64,000 nt of DNA from Myxococcota bacterium (GTDB lineage Bacteria > Myxococcota_A > UBA796 > SXON01). Location: NCBI GenBank assembly GCA_040386535.1, contig JAZKFH010000019.1, forward strand, positions 258,186-322,185, read 5' to 3'. Every line of letters begins with the position of its first letter. Positions within the stretch are counted from its first letter, which is position 1. This document shows, piece by piece, positions 1 to 9,333 of the stretch. Both the position numbers and the translations under genes were made by a program. Under the pieces are notes generated by a model. That model did not search any database, was not told the origin of the DNA, and saw only the letters and a list, made by a program, of their open reading frames with translations.

Positions 1-2167
1 ACCCGGCCATGCGGCGGTCCCCGACCTCCTCGAACGCGAGCCGCGCGCGGGCAAAGGTGTCCAGCGCCTCGAGCGCGCCGCGCTCCAGCGCCAGGTCACC
101 CGCGGTGAGCAGCACGTAGCCCTCGCTCCGGCGGTTCCCGAGCGCGCGATGCAAGGCGAGGGCCTCCGCCACGAGCGCCGCGGCCTCGTCCAGGGCGCCC
201 ACGTCGAGGCGACGGAGACCCAGGTTCCCCAGGAGTTGTCCGAGGCACATCCGGTCGTTCGCCTCCCGGAAGAGCGCCTCCGCGCGCGCGTAGTGGGCGT
301 CGGCGAGCGCGCCGGCTCCGCGTGCGGCGTACACGTTCCCGAGGTTCGTGTGGACGCGCCCCCGGTTGGATCCGTTGGTCTGTTCCACCATCCGCGCGAG
401 CGTGGCGGTGAAGGCGGCCTCGGCGCCGTCGAGGTCACCCCGGACGAGGCGCGCGTTGCCAAGGTTCGCGAGGAAGATCCGGGCGTCGTGGGCCCGCCCG
501 GCCGCGTCGAGTATGGCCACGGCCGCCGCGAAGCGCTCGCTGGCCCGGTCGGGATCGCCCGCGTAGGCGGCGAGGTTGCCGAGCTGCCCGAGCGCGAGCC
601 CCTCGGTCGCACGGTCGCCGTCCCGTCGTGCAAAGGCGAGCGCCTCGTCGAGGTCTATGGTGGCGGCGGCGCGGTTGCCCGCGAGGGCGTGGGCCATCCC
701 GCGCGCCCAGCGCAGCACCGCGTCGTCGGGGGCGAGCGCCACGGCGCGGTCGAGCCGGGCCGCGCGGCGTGCGATCGGCTCGTCGGGGCCGAAGCGGTCC
801 GCGGGCAGCTCCCGGGCGAGGGGCACGACGTCCGCCGGATCCCTGGCCCGGTCCAGCGCCACGAGCCGCTCAGGGAGCGGCGCCTCGGCCCCACGCGTCC
901 AGGCGATGTGGGCAGCCTCGCCGGCCGCGCACTCGGTGGGGTCGACCGTCCGGAGCCACGCGCGCACGGGAGGGGAGTAGGCGAAGCGCCCGTCGGCCTC
1001 GCGGAGGAGCCAGTGGTGGCGCACGAGCGCGTCGTGCGCGTTCGCGAGGGTGACCGTGTCGAGACCGGCGATCGCCTCGGCGGCGTCGAAGTCGAAGGGG
1101 GTCGCGAAGGCGAGCGCGCGGAGGAGCAGCCGGCGCTCGGCGGGCACGAGCAGGGTCCACGACCAGGCGAGGAGCGCGTCGAGCGAGGCATGGCGCGCCT
1201 CGGGGTGGCCCGGGGTGGACACGAGGCCGACCGCACCGTCCACGAGCCGCCGTCGGAGGGCCTCGGGGCGCACGACGCCGAGCCGCCCGGCGGCGTGTTC
1301 GAGCGCGAGGGGCAGGTTGCCGAGGGCGGCGGCGAGCGCGGCGAGCGCGCGGTCCTCGTCGTCGAGCGGGATGGGGGCGCGGGCCCGGAGGAGGGCCACG
1401 CTGTCCGGCTCGGCGAGGAGCGGAACCTCCCAGGCGGGGGTGCGCGTGGGCGTGATGCGCGAGGTGAGGAGGACGTGGCACGGAGGCGGGGCGCCCGCGC
1501 GGGCCAGCAGCTGATCCACGCCGTCGGCCACGTGCTCCGCATTGTCCAACACGAGCAGGCCGACCGCGCGGCATGCCGGCCAGATCGCCCCCGGCGGGAC
1601 GCCGAGCGCCGTCGCGACGAGCGGGGCGACGCCCTCGGAGTCCGTCGCCCCAGTGAGATCGACGAACACCCCCGCGAGGAGCCGCGCCAGGCGCGTCTTT
1701 CCGACGCCTCCGGGCCCGACGAGCGCGAGCACGGCGGGTGGTCCGCCGCGCCACTCTCCCAGCGCCGCGACGAGCTGATCGCGCCCGTAGAGGGTGTCGG
1801 GGCCGAGGGTGGGGGGCACCGCCTCCACGCGGGCCGCCGCCGTGGCGTTGTCCTCCACGAGCCGCACGCCATCGAGGCGGTAGCCCCGGCCCGGTGCGGC
1901 GACGAGGTGCACCGGCGCGCTCGGCTCGGGCTCGAGCTTCCGCCGGAGCCGGTGCACGGTGAAGTCCACGGCGCGGCTCGGCAGGCCGGCCCGGTAGCCC
2001 CACACCTCGCGCAACAGCGTGTCGCGGGCGCAGTCGCGGCCCGCGTGGCGCGCGAGGTGGCCGAGCAGCGCGATCTCCATCGCCGTGAGCGCGAGCACGT
2101 TCGTGCCCCGTTGGATCTCCCCGCGGGTGAGGTCCACCCGGGCCGCGCCGAGCACGAACAGCATCAC
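1..2167 (-). CDS. OmpR-type winged-helix + P-loop (STAND/AfsR-like) NTPase + probable TPR regulator; 3' end runs off the window
   Basis: Hand translation of the minus strand from GTG 2167/ATG 2164 (GGAG upstream): MLFVLGAARVDLTRGE...LLREVWGY...SRAVDFTVHRLRRKLE...GRGYRL, then Walker A GPGGVGKT (~1694-1717), Walker B LLVLDNAEH, GNLPLALE motif and Ala-rich helical repeats. Absent from the ORF track because there is no stop in the window. Confidence 0.85.
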   Translation of the reverse strand, partial: MMLFVLGAARVDLTRGEIQRGTNVLALTAMEIALLGHLARHAGRDCARDTLLREVWGYRAGLPSRAVDFTVHRLRRKLEPEPSAPVHLVAAPGRGYRLDGVRLVEDNATAAARVEAVPPTLGPDTLYGRDQLVAALGEWRGGPPAVLALVGPGGVGKTRLARLLAGVFVDLTGATDSEGVAPLVATALGVPPGAIWPACRAVGLLVLDNAEHVADGVDQLLARAGAPPPCHVLLTSRITPTRTPAWEVPLLAEPDSVALLRARAPIPLDDEDRALAALAAALGNLPLALEHAAGRLGVVRPEALRRRLVDGAVGLVSTPGHPEARHASLDALLAWSWTLLVPAERRLLLRALAFATPFDFDAAEAIAGLDTVTLANAHDALVRHHWLLREADGRFAYSPPVRAWLRTVDPTECAAGEAAHIAWTRGAEAPLPERLVALDRARDPADVVPLARELPADRFGPDEPIARRAARLDRAVALAPDDAVLRWARGMAHALAGNRAAATIDLDEALAFARRDGDRATEGLALGQLGNLAAYAGDPDRASERFAAAVAILDAAGRAHDARIFLANLGNARLVRGDLDGAEAAFTATLARMVEQTNGSNRGRVHTNLGNVYAARGAGALADAHYARAEALFREANDRMCLGQLLGNLGLRRLDVGALDEAAALVAEALALHRALGNRRSEGYVLLTAGDLALERGALEALDTFARARLAFEEVGDRRMAG

Positions 2168-2214
2168 GTCGGCTCCTATCCCGGAGATCGACGACGGGAG
2201 GATACGCGGACCCG

Positions 2215-5052
2215 ATGCTCCTGCTCGCCCTGGCCTGTCACTCGCCCGAGAAGGCGCCGCCATCCGACACGGACGTCGAGGTCGCCGACACGGCGGACAC
2301 CGACATCGTCGACACGGACACGGCCGACACCGACACCGCGGACACCGACACGTCTCCTCCCGTGACCGTGCTCGGCATGGCGCCGGCCGACGGCGACGCG
2401 TGGATCGCGCTGGACACGCGGATCACCGTCACGTTCGCGGAGCCCGTGGCCGCCGACGCCGTGTCGGCGCGCCTCTCGGCTGGCGAGGATCTGCCGTTCA
2501 CGCTCTCCGTGGAGGGCCCGACGGTGACGCTCACCCCCGATGCGCTCCTCGCGGCGGACACGCGCCACACCGTCACGATCGTGCTCTCCGGTGGGGAGGC
2601 GTTCACCGCCTCGTTCACGACGGTCCCCACGCTCGTCCCCGTCGTCGGCGCGGGCCCGTGGGATCCCCGTCTCGACCTCGATGGAGACGGCGCGACCGAC
2701 GCCGTCTGGTCGACCTCCACGGGCGCCGACGGCCATGTGCGGCTCGCCCTCGCGGACCTCGCCCCGGACGGCACGCGCACCGAGCGCTGGACGACCACCC
2801 TCCCGACCGGGACGCTCGGCCTCGCGCCGACGTGGCACTGGCGCTCGTTCATGGGCGACGAGACGCGGGACTTCACCCTCGTGATGCGCGACGGTGCCGA
2901 CCTCCCCCTGCGCGCGGGAGACGGCGCGACCGGCCTGCTCCGCGAGTGGGCCTACGACCTCGGTGACAACAACTTCGGCGGCGTCGAGCGTGTGCGTGCG
3001 GTCGCGACGGTCGACTACCAGCTCCCCGGCTACCCCGGCCCGGCGCTCCTGATCGACTCCGCGGGCAGCACCCGCGGCCGCCTCTACGGGTTTCCCGATG
3101 GGAGCGACGTGGGCGTCGACCTCTCCGACGACCCAACCGTCATCGATCCGTCCGCGCCGTGGGCGGCCACGCCGTTCCCCGGGGTCGATCTCCCGGGTGA
3201 CGCGTACACCGACCTGTACGATGCCTTCAACCCCGACGCGCCCTGCGAGTGGATCGCGGAGGTGTGGCACTACCGCTGCGGCGTCCCCGACGATGGCGCC
3301 GCCACCGGCTACTCGCTCGACAAGCTGGCCGTCGCGGACATCGACGGGGACGGCGTGGAAGACGCGTTGAGCACGTTCCTGTGGCGCTCCGTCGTCTGGC
3401 CCGGGCGGCCCCACGGAGAGCTCGCGTTCCTCGGCGCCCCCGACTACGACGAGTACTACAATCCCCAGGACGACGGCGGCTATTGTCACTCGGGCCGCCG
3501 CTACGGCTACGCGGTCACGACCCAGGTGGACGGTGACACGCCGCTGGAGACCTTCGAGATCGCCGGCGCGCCGGTCGGCACGTTCGCGGACTACAACCAG
3601 GAGGTCTCCTACAACGTCGCGCTGATCGACGCGGACGACAGCAGCGGCCGCCTGCTCCGCGGCGTCGCCTGGAACAACGCGCTCGGCACCATGACCCCCG
3701 GATGTGGCCAGGAGAAGATCTACGACGGCGCGATGCACGTGCCGGGCGAGGGCCACGTGAGCGACGCCGGCGGGGTCACCACCCACCTGTTCATGAACCG
3801 GTTCTACGTCGACACCATCCCGGGCCTCTGTCCCGACGGCGACTACGCCTGCTACATCGACCAACTGATGGAGATGACCGGGGCCTGGAGCTTCGTCGTG
3901 CTCGACGCGCCGACCGGCGCCACCGTATTCGAGGACGACGACACCTACGTCTGGGACACCCTGACGGACCCCGACACCGGCGACCTCTGGGTGCTCTACT
4001 CGGCGCAGGCGGACCGCTTCAACGTCGGCACGGAGTCGTGGGACTTCGTCTCTGACGGCGTCCGCTCGCTCACGCCCGACGTGGTCCCGCAGCTCCGCGC
4101 CGATCTCGCCATCGCGCGCCTCGACCTCGACGTGGGCGGTCTCGTGGACGTGACGCTCCTCGGCGGCGACTACGCCCCCTACCTGCTCGCCCAGCAGCTC
4201 CAGTCCCTGGGCGGCGCCTCCGCCAGCAACTTCTCCGTCAAGCGCCTGTTGACCGTCCCGAGCCCCTCGGGCGGGCCCCCGGCCTTCGCGGTGCACGGCG
4301 AGGACGGCATCACGCTGGTCGCGCGCGTCGCGGATCGGTGGGTACCCGTGGCGGACTACTCGGTGGCCGGCGATCCGGCGGGCACCTGGGCGGTGCTCGT
4401 GGACGACACCTTCGACGACGGCGACATCGGCGCGAACCCCGGCGGGATCGGCGGGGGCTTCGTGGACGAGTCCTACGGCGTGGAGGACGCGACCGAGGCC
4501 GACGGCGCCTTGCTCCTCCACGATCCTCAGTATCTCTACGCCGGCGTCCGGAGCGTCGACCGGTGGGATCCGATCGGGGTGGAGGTGCGCATCGAGCTCG
4601 CGGCGGTGGACACGGACGTGGTCACCACGGACGGCGCCCCCGGCGACCAGGCCACCCGCACCGTGTTCGGCCTCGTGGACGACGCTGCCGGGGTCTTCTT
4701 CGGCGGGGGAGGGCAGGGGATCTACGTCGAGCTCGCGACGGTGCTGGGCGCGCCGCGCACCGGGACGGTGGCGATCCGCGCGGCGGACTACGCGATCCTG
4801 CTCGCGCCCGTCGCCATCCCCGACTGGGACGGCACTGCGCCGATCACGCTCACCTTGCGCACCGACGCGGACGGCTGGCACCTCCGCGCAAGCGAGGCGT
4901 TCTCGGACGGCACGATGGGGCGGTCGGGCACATGGTATGGCACCTCTGCGGTGCTCTTTCCGGACATGGACGAGGTCGGCCTGGTCATCGCGCACCAGTT
5001 CGAGTCCACCGTGCGGGTGGACGCGGTGCGGGTGAGCGCCCTCGGCGGGTAG
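2215..5052 (+). CDS. Large lipoprotein: acidic DT linker, Ig-like (Big_5-type) domain, FG-GAP-like Ca-binding motifs
   Basis: Lipobox MLLLALAC; DTDTADTD linker; Ig-like motif PADG...ITVTFAEPV...TLTP..LL; DLDGDG and DIDGDG motifs. Confidence 0.75.
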   Translation: MLLLALACHSPEKAPPSDTDVEVADTADTDIVDTDTADTDTADTDTSPPVTVLGMAPADGDAWIALDTRITVTFAEPVAADAVSARLSAGEDLPFTLSVEGPTVTLTPDALLAADTRHTVTIVLSGGEAFTASFTTVPTLVPVVGAGPWDPRLDLDGDGATDAVWSTSTGADGHVRLALADLAPDGTRTERWTTTLPTGTLGLAPTWHWRSFMGDETRDFTLVMRDGADLPLRAGDGATGLLREWAYDLGDNNFGGVERVRAVATVDYQLPGYPGPALLIDSAGSTRGRLYGFPDGSDVGVDLSDDPTVIDPSAPWAATPFPGVDLPGDAYTDLYDAFNPDAPCEWIAEVWHYRCGVPDDGAATGYSLDKLAVADIDGDGVEDALSTFLWRSVVWPGRPHGELAFLGAPDYDEYYNPQDDGGYCHSGRRYGYAVTTQVDGDTPLETFEIAGAPVGTFADYNQEVSYNVALIDADDSSGRLLRGVAWNNALGTMTPGCGQEKIYDGAMHVPGEGHVSDAGGVTTHLFMNRFYVDTIPGLCPDGDYACYIDQLMEMTGAWSFVVLDAPTGATVFEDDDTYVWDTLTDPDTGDLWVLYSAQADRFNVGTESWDFVSDGVRSLTPDVVPQLRADLAIARLDLDVGGLVDVTLLGGDYAPYLLAQQLQSLGGASASNFSVKRLLTVPSPSGGPPAFAVHGEDGITLVARVADRWVPVADYSVAGDPAGTWAVLVDDTFDDGDIGANPGGIGGGFVDESYGVEDATEADGALLLHDPQYLYAGVRSVDRWDPIGVEVRIELAAVDTDVVTTDGAPGDQATRTVFGLVDDAAGVFFGGGGQGIYVELATVLGAPRTGTVAIRAADYAILLAPVAIPDWDGTAPITLTLRTDADGWHLRASEAFSDGTMGRSGTWYGTSAVLFPDMDEVGLVIAHQFESTVRVDAVRVSALGG

Positions 5053-5059
5053 CGCCCCC

Positions 5060-5479
5060 TCAGCGGATCGGCCGCCGCGCTGTGTAGATCCCCCCGACGA
5101 CGCCGAGGGTGGCGGGCACGTGCATCAGCTCGAGCGCCGCGATGGTCTTCATGTCCGCGAACGCCCAGAACGGGAGGTAGAGCTCCACGAGGAACACCGC
5201 GACGGCGATGCCGACGTAGATGGACCAGGCGCGGGTGCCGGCCAGCTTGGCGAGGATCGCGACCAGCACGATCGACACGACGGCGGCGATCAGGCAGTTC
5301 ACCATCGGCTGGAAGAACGGGAGAACCTCCATCCCGCCCATCGCCGCGGGGTCCCTGGGCCTGAAGTCGGCGCCGATCGCGGCGGCCAGGAAGTAGATGC
5401 CGACACACACCACCCCGGCGACAAACCCGCCCAGGGCGGCTCCCTTGGCGGCTGCTTTCACATCGAGCGTCGTGTTCAT
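5060..5479 (-). CDS. Four-TM membrane protein (DUF6069-like)
   Basis: 139 aa with four hydrophobic segments and a C-terminal LELMHV motif. Confidence 0.65.
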   Translation of the reverse strand: MNTTLDVKAAAKGAALGGFVAGVVCVGIYFLAAAIGADFRPRDPAAMGGMEVLPFFQPMVNCLIAAVVSIVLVAILAKLAGTRAWSIYVGIAVAVFLVELYLPFWAFADMKTIAALELMHVPATLGVVGGIYTARRPIR

Positions 5480-5548
5480 CGGAGTGTTCTCTCGCTGCGC
5501 GCGAGTATGGCACGGAACCCGCCGCCGAGCCGGGGGCGTGCCCGGCGG

Positions 5549-6040
5549 TCACTCTGTCAGGGTCACTCCGCGCTCCGCGGTGAGCTCGCGGCCACACGCG
5601 TCGTCGATCCGCGCGGCGAGCGAGACCTCGGGGCTCACGAGCTCATCCATGCCCCACGCGTCGAGCACTACGGTCTCGCCGACGATCGTGAAGACGTCAT
5701 CGAAGCCGTGGACGAAGTGGCGCGACGCGCCCGTGTAGCCGCCGATCCGGGCGCCCGCGCGGTCGAGGATCTCGAAGTCGACGAGTGGATTGTCCTCGTC
5801 CCCGAACAACGCGCCGCCCTGGACGATGCCGGTGACCTCGAGCGCGCCGAGCACCATCAGCCCGCCCTGGGAGCCGCGCACGAGGGGAACGCGGTCGCCG
5901 TCCACGACGGGCTCGAAGTCCTGCTCGCCGGTGCCGATCGCGAGCGTGGGTTCGATTTCGGCGGCGGCCTCGCATGCATCGTCGGAGGCGGGATCACACG
6001 CGGCCAGCGTGAGGGCGGCGAGGAGGAGGGGGCGTGACAT
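5549..6040 (-). CDS. Hypothetical lipoprotein
   Basis: MSRPLLLAALTLAAC lipobox; IGTGEQDFEP..DGD.V.LV.G.QGG motif. Confidence 0.7.
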   Translation of the reverse strand: MSRPLLLAALTLAACDPASDDACEAAAEIEPTLAIGTGEQDFEPVVDGDRVPLVRGSQGGLMVLGALEVTGIVQGGALFGDEDNPLVDFEILDRAGARIGGYTGASRHFVHGFDDVFTIVGETVVLDAWGMDELVSPEVSLAARIDDACGRELTAERGVTLTE

Positions 6041-6181
6041 GGGCGTGGAGCTCCGGCTGCCAGCCATTCAAGCACGCAGCGTGCCAACGACGTGAAACGA
6101 GGCGTACGTGGCGGGATCGGCCGGCTGCCCGGGCGCCTCCCCTCAGCTGCGCCTCAGGCTGCGGAGATAGCCTCTCTTGGC

Positions 6182-6859
6182 ATGGCCCGGATCCTCCTCA
6201 TCGAAGACGAACCCCTGCTCGCCCTGGCGGTGCAGAAGGGGCTTCAGGAGGAGCTCCACACAGTACAGGTCGCGCGGGACGGCACGTCCGGGCTGGCCGC
6301 CGCCGAGGCCGGGGGCCACGACCTGTTGGTCCTCGATCTGCTCCTGCCCGGTGTTCCCGGTCTGACAATCTGCCGGCGCCTGCGCGCGGCGGGGTCCAAC
6401 CTCCCCATCCTCATGCTGACGGCGCGTGACGCCCCGTCCGACATCGTGGCCGGGCTCGACGCAGGGGCCGACGACTACCTCGCCAAGCCCTTCGCCTTCG
6501 AGGTGCTCCTCGCGCGCGTCCGCACGCTCCTCCGGCGCGCCCAGGGCCTCAACGGGCCGCGATACCGGGTCGGGCCGCTGGAGATCGACACCGCCGCCCA
6601 CCGGGTGTGGCGGGACGGGGCGGAGGTGACCCTCACCGGCCGCGAGTTCGAGATCCTCGAGACGTTGGTGCGCCGGCACGGCACGGTCGTCTCCAAGAGC
6701 CGCATCGCGCAGGCGATCTGGAGCGGCGAGGCCGAACACGATCCCAACGCCATCGAGGTCCACGTCGCGAGCCTGCGGCGGAAGATCGACCGGGGACGCA
6801 GCCCGCAGGTGATCCGCACCGTGCGCGGCGTAGGGTACGTCGTGCGGGCCGGCGAGTGA
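6182..6859 (+). CDS. OmpR-family response regulator
   Basis: RILLIEDE, VLDLLLP, LMLTARD, GADDYLAKPF; wHTH ...IEVHVASLRRKID...RTVRGVGY. Confidence 0.95.
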   Translation: MARILLIEDEPLLALAVQKGLQEELHTVQVARDGTSGLAAAEAGGHDLLVLDLLLPGVPGLTICRRLRAAGSNLPILMLTARDAPSDIVAGLDAGADDYLAKPFAFEVLLARVRTLLRRAQGLNGPRYRVGPLEIDTAAHRVWRDGAEVTLTGREFEILETLVRRHGTVVSKSRIAQAIWSGEAEHDPNAIEVHVASLRRKIDRGRSPQVIRTVRGVGYVVRAGE

Positions 6860-8385
6860 GGGGGCGCTCGCTCCGCACCCGCATCTCGGTCGGCATCGCG
6901 GCGCCGGCGATCGGCATCCTCGTGCTCTCATGCGTCACGATCTACTCCTGGGTGAGCGCGCGGGAGATGGGGCACCTCGACCGGTCCCTGGAGATGCGCG
7001 CCGCCGCCATGGCCTCCCTCGTCGACCTGGACGGCGGCATCTGGGACGTGGAGTTCGATCGCGCGGACGTGCCGGTCGTCGAGCTCTTCGGGGCCCTGTC
7101 GGCCTACGAGGTGCGCGTGGCCGCCAACGGCGGGCTCATCGCCCAGCGCCGCCTCGACGAGCCCGGCCTCTTCGACGACCTGCCGCCGGACCCGCTCGCC
7201 GCGCTCTCCCCCGAGAGGCTCGCCGCGCTGCCGAGTGATCGGCCGCTCGAGCTCTCGGGGAGCGTGCAGACCGTCGAGTTGGAGAGCGGGCGGTCCTTCC
7301 GGACGTGGACCGGCGTGTACCTCGTGCGCGCGCACGAGGGCGACCCCGGGGAGGGCGCGCGCATGCCCGTCGGCGCGCCGTCCGGTCCCGCCGCGCCGGT
7401 CGTACGGATCGCGGTCGCCCAGGATCTCGCCCCGATCCGGGGGGAGCTCGCCGCGCTCCTCGGCACCGAGCTCGCCACCGGCGTCGCCCTCTCGGTGCTG
7501 GCGCTGCTCGCCGGCGGCGTGCTGTCCCGGCGGATCGTGGCGCCGATCGAGCACATCGCGCGTCGCGCCGCCGAGGTGCGCGCCCCGTCCGCGGTGCCGC
7601 CGCTCACGCTCGCGGGCACGGGGGACGAGATCGACCAGCTCGCGGAGGCGCTCAACCAGAGCTACCTCCGCCTGCACGCCGCCTACGCGCTCCAGGGCCG
7701 CTTCACCGCGGACGCGTCGCACGAGCTGCGCACCCCGCTCGCCGTGATCCGTTCGAATGCGGAGCTGGCGCTCCGGCAGCCGCGGCCGACCTACGAGTAC
7801 GAGGCCGTGCTCGCGGCGGTGGTGTCGGGGGCGGTGCGGATCGAGGGGGTGATCGAGGGGCTGCTCCTCCTGGCGCGCGCCGACGCCGGGGGCCAGGAGG
7901 GCGCGCGCGAGCGGATCGACCTGCCGGCGCTGGCCGCGGAGGTGCTCGACGATCTCCAGCCCGTCGGCCTCGGCCCGTCCCTCCGGGTGGAGGGCGAGGA
8001 GGACGCGGCGGTGTTCGGCGACGCCGTCCAGTTGGACGTGCTCCTCCGCAACCTCCTCACGAATGCCATTCGCCACACCCCGGCATCGGGGGAGGTGGTG
8101 GTCCATGTCGACACAACTGACACGTCCGTGATTCTCGAAGTGCGTGACACGGGGGAGGGGATCCCGCCCGACGCGCTCCCCCACGTCTTCGATCGATTCT
8201 TCCGCGCGGACGAAGCGCGCAGCCGCGACGCGGGCGGGGCCGGCCTGGGCCTCTCCATCGTCCAGGCGGTGGTCCTCCAGCATGGCGGCACCATCGACAT
8301 CGAGAGCGCGCACGACCGCGGCACGGTCGTTCGTGTCCGGTTCCCTCGGGCCGCCGCGCCCATGACACGCAAGGAGGTTGGATGA
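6856..8385 (+). CDS. Sensor histidine kinase (HAMP-HisKA-HATPase; CusS/CzcS-like layout)
   Basis: GTG overlaps the response regulator TGA; two TMs; DEIDQLA HAMP; ADASHELRTPL H-box; NLLTNAIRH, DTGEGI, FDRFFR, GAGLGLSI. Confidence 0.95.
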   Translation: MRGRSLRTRISVGIAAPAIGILVLSCVTIYSWVSAREMGHLDRSLEMRAAAMASLVDLDGGIWDVEFDRADVPVVELFGALSAYEVRVAANGGLIAQRRLDEPGLFDDLPPDPLAALSPERLAALPSDRPLELSGSVQTVELESGRSFRTWTGVYLVRAHEGDPGEGARMPVGAPSGPAAPVVRIAVAQDLAPIRGELAALLGTELATGVALSVLALLAGGVLSRRIVAPIEHIARRAAEVRAPSAVPPLTLAGTGDEIDQLAEALNQSYLRLHAAYALQGRFTADASHELRTPLAVIRSNAELALRQPRPTYEYEAVLAAVVSGAVRIEGVIEGLLLLARADAGGQEGARERIDLPALAAEVLDDLQPVGLGPSLRVEGEEDAAVFGDAVQLDVLLRNLLTNAIRHTPASGEVVVHVDTTDTSVILEVRDTGEGIPPDALPHVFDRFFRADEARSRDAGGAGLGLSIVQAVVLQHGGTIDIESAHDRGTVVRVRFPRAAAPMTRKEVG

Positions 8386-9281
8386 AACAAATCAGCGTGG
8401 TGGTGGCCGTCGTCTCGGCCGCGCTCGCCGGGGGCGCCCTGTTCGCCTTCGCGGGCCCGCCGGGTCCGGGTGCGCCCCTGTCGATGCCCGCCTCCACCGC
8501 CGGCACCCAGGTCTTCGAGGGGTTCTGCGAGGCCTCTGCGATCCTCCCGTGGAAGGGGGGGTTCCTGGTGGGTGACAACGAGACGGACGGGAGCCTGTAC
8601 GGGCTGACCGGGACGCTCGGCGCCACGGAGGGCCTTCAACTCTCCGGTGAGGTGGAGGACATCGAGGCCCTCGCCATCGGGCCCGCCGGAGAGCTGATCG
8701 TGGTGGGCTCCCAGGGCGCGAACAAGAAAGGCAAGGCACAACCCGAGCGTGAGCGCATCCTCGTGCAAGGGCACCCCGCGATCCGCCCCGACCTGTCCGG
8801 TTGCCCGTCCTGCATCGCGGCGCGGGGGCTCCCACCCAAGGAGGGCGGGCTCTCCGTGGAGGGGGCCGCGTGGTGGGGCGACGCACTCTGGTTGGGCGTC
8901 CGGTCCCCGCTGGTCGGCGGCGAGGCGATGTTGCTCCGGCTCGAAGGCGCGCCCACGGTGTCGCTCTCGGTCGCGGACACCGACCTGCTCGATCTCGGCG
9001 GGTACGGCGTGCGCGATCTGATGGTCACCCCCGAGGGGCTCTACGTCCTCGCGGGCCCGACCGACGGCCGCAACGCGGCCCATCGCCTGTACCGCGTCTC
9101 CCATCCGGGGAGCCCCCCCGAGCTCGTGCCCATCGAGCTTCCCGCCGGATCCGAGGGGCTGGTCCGCGTCGGCTCGGAGCTGATCGTGGTCATCGACGGC
9201 GACGGCAAGCCGGGCGTCCCGTGCAAGGAGCCCGCGCGGTGGGCCCGGGTTCCCATGGCGGGCGCCCAGAATTCACTCTGA
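8382..9281 (+). CDS. Secreted beta-propeller-like protein (DUF3616-like)
   Basis: ATGA overlap with the kinase, GGAGG SD, signal peptide; CEASA, DIEALA, VEGAA, LG.RSPL, LDLGGYGVRDL motifs. Confidence 0.6.
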   Translation: MKQISVVVAVVSAALAGGALFAFAGPPGPGAPLSMPASTAGTQVFEGFCEASAILPWKGGFLVGDNETDGSLYGLTGTLGATEGLQLSGEVEDIEALAIGPAGELIVVGSQGANKKGKAQPERERILVQGHPAIRPDLSGCPSCIAARGLPPKEGGLSVEGAAWWGDALWLGVRSPLVGGEAMLLRLEGAPTVSLSVADTDLLDLGGYGVRDLMVTPEGLYVLAGPTDGRNAAHRLYRVSHPGSPPELVPIELPAGSEGLVRVGSELIVVIDGDGKPGVPCKEPARWARVPMAGAQNSL

Positions 9282-9333
9282 CGGTCATGTCACCTGTTGG
9301 GTTGGTTGACCGACTCGTGTCAACGGAGGTCGT

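Noticed and set aside
1..2167. Avs-type antiphage STAND system
   Set aside because: The N-terminus is an OmpR-like DNA-binding domain rather than a nuclease or other effector; no defence-island context
149..2365. 738 aa plus-strand ORF and other very long ORFs (2176-4995, 22421-26623, 18308-22003, 45494-48220, 56012-58669)
   Set aside because: Antisense or alternate-frame shadows of genuine genes, expected in high-GC DNA; no recognisable motifs
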